Position numbers and translations under genes: made by a program | Part shown: positions 9,663 through 18,300 of the stretch, in pieces | Numbering within the stretch: the stretch's first letter is position 1 | Layout of the letters: every line of letters begins with the position of its first letter | Assembly (NCBI GenBank): GCA_965279305.1 | Contig: OZ257143.1 | Location: forward strand, 1,080,001-1,112,000 | DNA length: 32,000 nt | Source of the DNA: Gammaproteobacteria bacterium | Lineage (GTDB): Bacteria; Pseudomonadota; Gammaproteobacteria; JBIOEC01 | Direction of reading: 5' to 3' | The notes under the pieces: model-generated | What the model saw: only the letters and a program-made list of their open reading frames with translations | Database searches by the model: none | Told to the model about the DNA's origin: nothing

Positions 9663-12041
9663 ATGTCTGTTTCCAGCGCTCCATTGGTCATTAACTTAAA
9701 CGAATTAACCCTGGCCGATCTGCCCAAAGTAGGCGGCAAGAATGCCTCTCTAGGGGAAATGATTAGCCATTTAACCAAGGCTGGAGTTAAAGTGCCCCCT
9801 GGTTTCGCGACCACTTCAGAAGCCTTTCATCTGTTTTTAGAGCAGGATAAATTGGCCGAGCGTATTTATCAGCGCCTTCAAGGATTGGATGTAGACAATA
9901 TTCCCGCGCTCACTTCAGCCGGTAAAGAAATTCGCGAATGGATTATTAATAATCCTTTGCCGCCTGCTTTAGTTGAGCAGATCACCACGGCGTATCATGC
10001 ATTAGAAAAACAATTAGGTTCTTCTCTATCGGTTGCTGTTCGTTCATCAGCTACCGCAGAAGATTTGCCTGATGCTTCTTTTGCAGGCCAACAAGAAACC
10101 TTTTTAAATGTCACTGGTTTAGATAACGTATTACATTCTGCTCGTGAAGTATTTGCTTCTTTATTTAATGATCGTGCTATTGCTTATCGTGTGCATCAAG
10201 GTTTTGATCACCATCACGTAGCATTGTCAGTAGGTGTACAAGCCATGGTGCGCAGTGATTTAGCAGCCAGCGGTGTAATGTTTACTTTAGATACCGAATC
10301 TGGTTTTAACGACGTGGTATTTATTACGGGTGCTTATGGTTTAGGTGAAACCGTTGTACAAGGCAGCGTAAATCCGGATGAATTCTATGTGCACAAACCT
10401 ACCTTAAAAGCAGGACGTCCTGCGGTTATTCGTCGCACGTTAGGAAGCAAACGTCAGAAAATGATTTTCAGCACTAAACCAGGTGTGAAAGTAGAAATCG
10501 TTCCGGTTTCTGATCAAGAACAAATTCAATATTGTTTAACTGATAAAGAGATTGAACAATTAGCGCATTATGCTTTAGCGATTGAAGCACATTATAAACG
10601 CCCAATGGATATTGAGTGGGCGAAAGATGGAAAAACGGGCGAATTATTTATTGTGCAAGCGCGTCCTGAAACCGTAAAAAGTCGCGATGGTAATCAATAT
10701 ATTGAACGTTACAGTTTGAAAAAGCGTGGCGAAGTAAAAGCGCATGGTCGTGCTATTGGCCAACGTATTGGTGCGGGTCATGTAAAAGTATTACATAACA
10801 TTAGCGAAATGGATAAAGTAAAACCCGGTGATGTGTTAGTAACCGATATGACCGATCCTGATTGGGAACCGATTATGAAACGTGCAGCAGCGATTGTAAC
10901 CAATCGTGGTGGACGTACCTGTCATGCGGCCATTATTGCACGCGAATTAGGTATTCCTGCGATTGTAGGTTGCGGCAATGCCACTGAAACATTAAAAGAT
11001 GGCGAAGGTGTTACCGTTTCTTGTGCAGAAGGCGATACCGGATTTGTATACGAAGGTATTTTAGAATTCGAACATCAAAATATTAATGTAGAGCAAATGC
11101 CAGAATTACCTTGTAAAATTATGATGAACGTAGGTAATCCTGATCGTGCATTTGATTTTCAACGATTACCTCATGCAGGTGTTGGTTTAGCACGTTTAGA
11201 ATTTATTATTAACCGTATGATCGGTGTGCATCCACAAGCGTTATTTGATTACGATAAACTGCCAGAAGATTTAAAAAAGACTATACATGAACGTGTTGCG
11301 TGTTATGCAAGCCCAGTGGATTTTTATGTAGAAAAATTAGTAGAAGGCATTTCTACTTTAGCGGCTGCATTTTCACCAGAGCCCGTGATTGTGCGTTTAT
11401 CCGATTTTAAATCAAACGAATATGCGAATTTAATTGCGGGCGATCGTTACGAGCCTCATGAAGAAAATCCTATGATTGGATTTAGAGGCGCCTCTCGTTA
11501 TATTTCAACTTCTTTCCGTCATTGCTTTGAATTAGAATGTCGCGCCTTACGTAAAGTCTATTACGATATGGGCTTTAAAAATGTTCAAGTGATGGTGCCG
11601 TTTGTTCGCACGCCTGCAGAAGCGAAAGCGGTTATTGATTTACTCGCTGAAAATGGGTTAGTGCGCGGCAAAGATGGCCTTAAAATTATTATGATGTGTG
11701 AGCTTCCTTCTAACGCTATTTTAGCGGAAGACTTCTTACAATATTTTGATGGTTTTTCTATTGGCTCTAATGATTTAACGCAGTTAACTTTAGGGTTGGA
11801 TCGTGATTCTGGATTAGTGGCACATTTATTTGATGAACGTAATCCAGCAGTAAAAGCACTATTACATAAAGCGATTTCTACTTGTAAGGCTGCTAATAAA
11901 TACGTGGGTATTTGTGGCCAAGGCCCTTCCGATTATCCTGATTTTGCTCAGTGGTTATTGGAAGAGGGCATTAATAGTATTTCGTTAAATCCTGATACTG
12001 TTCTTGAAACCTGGCTCTATCTAGCCGAACATTCTAAGTAA
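9663..12041 (+). CDS. ppsA: phosphoenolpyruvate synthase
   Basis: 792 aa, colinear with E. coli PpsA: [37 protein letters not shown], the phosphohistidine motif [21 protein letters not shown], and the C-terminal PEP-utilizer motif [15 protein letters not shown]. Confidence 0.95.
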   Translation: MSVSSAPLVINLNELTLADLPKVGGKNASLGEMISHLTKAGVKVPPGFATTSEAFHLFLEQDKLAERIYQRLQGLDVDNIPALTSAGKEIREWIINNPLPPALVEQITTAYHALEKQLGSSLSVAVRSSATAEDLPDASFAGQQETFLNVTGLDNVLHSAREVFASLFNDRAIAYRVHQGFDHHHVALSVGVQAMVRSDLAASGVMFTLDTESGFNDVVFITGAYGLGETVVQGSVNPDEFYVHKPTLKAGRPAVIRRTLGSKRQKMIFSTKPGVKVEIVPVSDQEQIQYCLTDKEIEQLAHYALAIEAHYKRPMDIEWAKDGKTGELFIVQARPETVKSRDGNQYIERYSLKKRGEVKAHGRAIGQRIGAGHVKVLHNISEMDKVKPGDVLVTDMTDPDWEPIMKRAAAIVTNRGGRTCHAAIIARELGIPAIVGCGNATETLKDGEGVTVSCAEGDTGFVYEGILEFEHQNINVEQMPELPCKIMMNVGNPDRAFDFQRLPHAGVGLARLEFIINRMIGVHPQALFDYDKLPEDLKKTIHERVACYASPVDFYVEKLVEGISTLAAAFSPEPVIVRLSDFKSNEYANLIAGDRYEPHEENPMIGFRGASRYISTSFRHCFELECRALRKVYYDMGFKNVQVMVPFVRTPAEAKAVIDLLAENGLVRGKDGLKIIMMCELPSNAILAEDFLQYFDGFSIGSNDLTQLTLGLDRDSGLVAHLFDERNPAVKALLHKAISTCKAANKYVGICGQGPSDYPDFAQWLLEEGINSISLNPDTVLETWLYLAEHSK

Positions 12042-12063
12042 ATAAGCTTTCTTGAGTTTTGTC

Positions 12064-12173
12064 ACCCCGGATTTTTCTCCTCTCCTATTATAGAAAAGAA
12101 AAAAATATTTCAGGAGAAAAATATCGGGGTTTAATGCATTAGCATTAAACGCCCAAACCTGGAAGGTTTGGGC
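12064..12173. repeat. cluster of three consecutive hairpins downstream of ppsA (terminator and/or miniature palindromic element)
   Basis: Hairpin 1 pairs ACCCCG-G-ATTTTTCTCCT (12064-12081) with AGGAGAAAAAT-AT-CGGGGT (12112-12130): 17 bp with a small bulge and a ~30-nt A-rich loop. Hairpin 2 is TTAATGC-ATTA-GCATTAA (12131-12148). Hairpin 3 is GCCCAAACC-TGGAA-GGTTTGGGC (12151-12173). Confidence 0.6.
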
Positions 12174-12243
12174 TGGCTTTCACGCGTAGCCAAGGATGGC
12201 GTAGCGTAGAAAGTGGTCGAAAAATTTCGCGATAGAATAATAC

Positions 12244-12273
12244 TTGATTCAGGATAGCGTTTTGTTTTATTAT
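12244..12273 (+). promoter_or_regulatory. candidate sigma70-type promoter for the 2115-aa ORF
   Basis: TTGATT (12244-12249), an 18-nt spacer, then TATTAT (12268-12273). It is followed by the SD-like AAGGAAG (12302-12308), 6 nt before the ATG at 12315. Confidence 0.3.
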
Positions 12274-12314
12274 CGAAACAGAAGTCATATTTACTTAGTA
12301 CAAGGAAGTGCAGT

Positions 12315-15300
12315 ATGCCAACAATAAGATCAGAAGGTGGAGTTGCTGTAGCTCCTGCACCAGCCCATTTAACTCTCGCTTACGAAACTACTTTACCTAC
12401 AGAACAGCCCACTACTTTAGCTGCACCCGATCGTATTCGGGAGATGTTCGATAAATTAACTCCAAGTCAAAAAGAAGCGCTAAAGTCCATAGTGATAGGC
12501 GCTATGTCGTTTGGATCTTTGGGTTTAGAGGCTCATAAAGCTATTGCTAAAGATATCAATACGCTTGCCATGCTTCTTCATGGTGTCACTACTATGGCCG
12601 AATTACTGGCCAAAGGCCGTGCTTATCCCATGAGTAATAGTGGCGAAGGTGGAGAGCTGCCATCACGTCTTGGCACAGATGAACAAAGTAGAATGGTTCA
12701 GATAGCATCGGGACATTTCGGTGTAACCATTGAATATGTAGCCAATGCTAGTGGGATCCAAATTAAAATTAATCAAGCCGCTAAGCCTGGACTTGGTGGT
12801 GAACTATTGGCTGTTAAAGTTACTCCCGAAATTGCAGCGGCTCGTTTAGTTCCGCAAGGGATTGATCTTAAATCTCCGCCTCCTCATCACGATCTTTATT
12901 CAGTAGAAGAATTAAAACAATTAATACTGGAATTGCGCATTGCTAATCCTAATGCATTTATTTCAGTGAAACTGGCAGCACAAGAAGGGATCGGTATTAT
13001 TGCTGCTGCTTTAGTAAAATGCGGTGCTGATGATATTTGTATTGCGGGTAAAGGGGGCGGTACAGGTGCTGCTCCTACGGATGCTCTTTATAATTTTGCC
13101 AGACCTTGGGAAACTGCACTGGCTGAAGTGCATCAAACATTAATTGCGAATGGTATACGCGATCGAGTCACTTTAACAGTAAGTGGTGGGATACAAACCG
13201 GGTTTGATTTATTTCTTGCGAAATTACTAGGTGCTGATTTAGGCGAAATAGGAACGCCTGCATTAGTCGCTTTGGGATGTGTGATGGCACGTGTGTGCCA
13301 TGATGGAACGTGCCCTAAAGGTATTGCTACTAATAATCCTGACTACACTTCCAAATTTGAAGGAAAATACGGTGATGTAGCCCAAATGTTGGTTAATCTT
13401 GCTACTTCGTATGATGACCATTTGCAAGAATATGGTTTGACCACTGAAAGTGCTAGAGGAAGAACAGATTTACTGAGAGTAAAAGAAGGCGCTCCTTTTA
13501 CTAATCTTGAAATGCTTTTATTGCAGCCTGAAAACCCTTATAAATCTTTTACTGCTCCTGTCAGAATTGATCCTGTTAGTACTACAGAGCAATATGCGAT
13601 TGAACAAATTCTACAAGGTAAAACGGATATTGTAATAGATGGAAACAATACGAATACCTTAGGTTTTGGTGCACGTATTGGGTATCACTCTGTAAAAACA
13701 GCTGAATTCCAAGATGCTTTTGTTAATCCCGTCACTATTACCTTTAATGGCTTAGCCGTAGGTTCGGGTTTTGGTACTTTTGCACCTGCTGGTCTTACAT
13801 TAGTGGCTCGCAATGCTAATGATGGTGCCGCTAAATCTTTAAGCGGCGCTGATGTTGTCTGTACTCAAAGTATTGGTAATCAAGCCGGTCTTGGTGCTAC
13901 TAGCGGTAGAATATTTGCTCCGGTGTGGGGTGACAGGCCACTGGTTAGAAACTCGGGTGCAATAGCAGTGGCAGAGCGAATTGGTGATTGCGGCGCTAAT
14001 TATATGACGGGCGGTAGTCTTACTATTTTGGGTGATACTCTTGATTACCCCATCACATTTACTCATGGTAATACCAGCTCGCCAATGAAGTTTCGATCTG
14101 ATCGTGTGGGGCCTAATTTCGGATCAGGCATGACGGGCGGGCATGTGTTTATGCCCAGACATTTATATGAAGAGTTATTAAGAAAGAATCATTTAGAAGC
14201 TGCTTTTGCTAATGTTCAACTACAACATTTAAATGAGACTGATGCTGCTGAACTGGCTGCTCTTGTAAAAGACTATTTAACTCATAATTCTAGCGATTGG
14301 GTAAAAGAATTAGTTGAGCAAGAAAATTTTTCACAGTTTTTTATAAAATTAGATCCTCGAGTGCTTAAACCCGTTTTACAACCTGCTTCTGTAGAACCAG
14401 TTAAATCGCCAGATTTACTTCCTGTTCCAGAAATTGTAGTAAGACCACCTTCAGCGGTTCCTGGGCAAGATACTGAAACATCAACAACTGCATCGCTAGA
14501 TAATTTGAGTGTTCCTCCACGAGATGAGCAAGATGCTTGTGGTGTGGGTACTTTTATTAATTTAAAAGGTGAGTCTAGCCGAACTGTGACTGATAATGCA
14601 TTAACTATGCTAGAAAGAATGATGCATAGAGGTGCTAGTGGCGTTGATAAAGACACAGGCGATGGATGCGGTATTGTTTGGTATGGTTTAGAAGAGTTTT
14701 TTCAAGCCGTTTTTCCTGATTTAAATCCTAGAGGAATAAGATTAGAAAGAGGAGCTTATAGTGTTATTCCTATTAGTATCGGAGACGACACATCTTATAG
14801 TGTCCGTCGTGTTTTGAATGAATTATTAATCAAAGAAGATTTACACATTGCAAGTGAAAGAGATGTTCACACGGCCAAGCCTACGGAGAATGATCCTATT
14901 TTCTTAGGTACGATTGGAGCTAGCCAAGAAAAAGGTGTTAAACAATATTTGGTATTGAAGCCAGTTTGGATGAACCAAGAAGAATTTGAAAAACGATTAA
15001 TACGTGTGAGATTACTTTTTGAATTAGATCCAAAAACTCAAGCCAAGGAAAATCGCCCTCATATTTATAGTGCTTCGTCTTATAATGTGATTTATAAATC
15101 ACTCGTTTTAGAAAGTAGATTTAGAAAATATTTTGATGATTTTTTAAATCCGTTATTCAAGGCAAGTGCTGCCGTTTCTCATGCGCGCTTTTCTACCAAT
15201 ACTAAGCCAGTGGGTAAAAATATTCAGCCTACTCCTAACGTAGCGAATAATGGTGAAAATAATAATATTGTGCAGCTGATGCGGCAGATTATGTATAACC

Positions 15301-18300
15301 CTTTATTTGCCAAATTGTTAGGTATTGAACGTATTGATATATCCGGATTAAGCGATTCACACATTATGTCGATAGGTATGGATTTTTTCCGCCTATTAGG
15401 ATTTAGCGCAGAAGAAATTGCCGCGTTAACTATTCAAGCTTACAATCCCAACGATCCTGCTCTTAGCCAATTTTATAATTTATTTGGTAATCCTTTTGAA
15501 GGCCCGAATGCCAGCATTATGATTATTGGTGATAAAATTATTGTGGTAAGAGATCTGAATGGTTTTAGACCGCAAAGAGGAATACGCAACAAAGAATTCT
15601 TCTATTCTGGATCTGAAATTGGTCCGGTGGATGAACCGTTCCAGATGGAAGGAGAACTATTTGATATTCCTCCTGGAAAACCTGTCGTTATTGATTTAAA
15701 AACAGGTACAGTGACTATTGATCCTTTTCAATCGTTTGCCCCTGCACTGGCTGAAAAATTAAAAGCATTAGAAGCCCATTTATCTGCAGATGAGATGCCA
15801 GCCGCTCTTGTTTTTTCACAAGAAGATCTTTCCGTTCGCAAATTACGTGCGGGTTGGGATGCACAAATTGATAGAAAATTTATGCAACCTCTTTTTAATG
15901 GAGGTAAAGGTTCTATTTCTTCCATGGGAGATCAAGGTCCTGATGAAGCATCTGTATCGGGTGGTTTGCTCGTGCTAGGCAATGCTATTCTGGGAAATGT
16001 GGCACAAATTACGAATCCTCCTTTAGATAGAAAGCGTGAAGGCGCTTATATGCAGACGATTACTTTTGTTGGTAAAAAACCTGCATTGGAAGGATTAAGA
16101 AGTAACGATATAGAAGGTGTCACTTTACCTTCACCCATTATTTCTAATGAACAGATGGCTTTATTACAAAATGATAGTCGTTTACGTTCAGAAGTTATTG
16201 ATATAACAATCCCTCTCAACAAGGTGAAAGGTGGTTTAGAAGCGGCTATTAAAAATGTGGTGCTGCATGTTTTGCAGCTGGTTCGTTCGGGTGCAACTTT
16301 TATTACATTATCCGATTTAAATGTAGATAATGAACATGCTGCTATTCCTCCTTTATTAGTAGCGAGTCGTGTCGATCAAGCTTTATTGGAAGCGGGTTTA
16401 CGTCGTAATGTTTCTATTGGGTTACAAGCCGCCAGTGTATTGACGGTGCGTGATGTGGCTCAAGCCATTTCTATTGGTGGTGTTGATTTGGTTAATCCGT
16501 ATTTACCGTTAACGCCTACTTCTCAAGAAGAATTTGCTTCTCCTGAATTTAAACGACGTTCTAAAGAATATATAAAACAATTAACACTAGGGCTGCAAGA
16601 CAATGCTGCTCGTATGGGTATATCAAGTATTTCTGCTTATCGTGGAACCAAAGTATTTAGCGGATATGGATTAAGTGATGATATAGCGAAGATGTTAGGC
16701 ATTCCTTCTATTTTAGGTGGCATTGGTCTATCAGATGTAGAAAATATGGTGGTTAATACACACTGTTATCCTAATCCTGAAGGAAATGGAAAGTATGAAG
16801 GTGGAAGTGAACAGCGCCTCGATATTTGGGGTGATGGAGTAGCTGCAGATGCCGCTAGAATTATCAGTGGAAAATCCAAAACTACCTGGTCTGACATGGA
16901 AGCAAAAATGCAAGCCCGCCAAAATGCGCCACGCAATTTTTTATATTTAGTGCAACCTAAGGTGTGGACAGCTAAAAATCCGATGACCGTTTGTATTTTG
17001 GGTGGTGGTGCCGCTGGTTTTTTTCAAGCAAGAACTTTATTAGATTCTGGATTGCCAGTAAACATTGTTATTATCGAAAAAAATGCTAGAAATCAATTTG
17101 GATTGGTAAAAGACGGTGTTGCACCGGATCATGACGCAACCAAAAGCCGTAGCGAATTGTTACATAGCGTTTTAGATGATCCTCGAGTTAAATATTGGGG
17201 GGGGATAGAAGTGGGTGAGGAAGGAGACAATTCAGTTTCTTTTGCACATTTACAAAAAACGTATCCGTGTATTGTGGATTGCAGAGGAGCTTCGGTAGAT
17301 AATAAATTAGGCGTTCAAGGCGAAAATACGCCTTACGTGATTCCTGCTAGTGTGGTGTATAAATCTTATAATGGTGCAGTGGATCTGGATGCAGAAGGGC
17401 ATAAAGATTGGTGGTTAACGCCACAGAGCCGAAATCTTACGGTTGGCATTATTGGAAATGGAAATGTGGCAGGCGATATTGCGCGAATTTTCTTAGCGGA
17501 TCCTCAAAAATTAGCTCAAACCTCTATTCATCCCATTTTCTTAAATTCATTAAAAAAAGATGCTCCGCAAGTGGTTCGCGTATTTGCACGTGGTAATGCA
17601 CATGAAACCAAAATAGATTTACATCAATTGAAGGCATTAGAAACATTAGGAATACAAATTTCAGTATCTATGCCTGCTTTGAAAGAAGGCCAGCAGCTTA
17701 CTGATGAGCAACGTGCGCTGTATAGTTTTTTTGCTCAATATAAAGATAAAAAATATCCACCATCTAGTAAAAAAACATTGCATTTCCATTTTGGAATGAC
17801 CCCGCAAAAATTTGAAGCGGGACAAAAAGAAGTAACAGGATTTTTTACTGACTCTAGTGGAAACATTATTGCTTTTGATGCACGTAATTTTATTACGGCT
17901 ATTGGAACCAAACGATTATCGGATATACAAAGAACACCTTATGCTAGCGGTTGGGTAGCAGGACAAGGTGGTACTTTAGATAAAGCAGAAGACAGTGCAC
18001 AAGCTACTACCGATATAATTGTTAAAGATTTTAATGCGGGCAAATTTCATAATACTTTGCGACCACCAGTAAAACAACATTGGCACAAACTGGCTCAAGT
18101 GACCAATGGTATGTTCTTGAATATTCTTGCTTATGTGGCCAGTGGTGGTCGAATAGATACTCAAGACGGTCTTGAAAAAGCCAAAGCCTATTCTAGAGGA
18201 AACGGAAGTAGTGCCAAGCTTAAAGTAGCACCCCAACCCGTTCCAGCTCCTGCAGCAGATGTAGATCGCAACACTATTCGTGTTGAAGATAAAGATGGAA

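Noticed and set aside
12131-12205. Possible glutamine (glnA-type) riboswitch upstream of the glutamate-synthase-like ORF. The segment ACGCC...GGAAG...CCAAGGA..GGCGT superficially recalls the conserved GGAAG and AAGGA blocks and a closing P1 helix.
   Set aside because: The resemblance rests on my memory of a few short blocks. GGAAG sits in the loop of a strong local 9-bp hairpin rather than in a junction. The best promoter candidate (12244-12273) lies downstream, so the segment is probably not in the mRNA leader. Only a cmscan against the Rfam glnA and Downstream-peptide models could revive the idea.
14500-14570. Hidden gene boundary (a missed stop and restart) just before Cys742 that would make the giant ORF two ordinary genes.
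   Set aside because: There is no in-frame stop anywhere in 12315-18659. The only nearby ATGs (14524 and 14533) are out of frame and open a ~13-codon ORF ending at a TAA. No SD-like sequence precedes Cys742. A sequencing or assembly error cannot be excluded from the sequence alone.
14282-14656. 124-aa minus-strand ORF, plus similar antisense or alternate-frame ORFs. These are 13839-14066, 15728-15925, 15790-15978, 16731-16922, 17408-17596 and 17976-18236 inside the giant gene.
   Set aside because: All are embedded within a strongly supported coding region. They have low-complexity or Cys/Ser-rich translations with no motifs and no SD. They are typical shadow ORFs.
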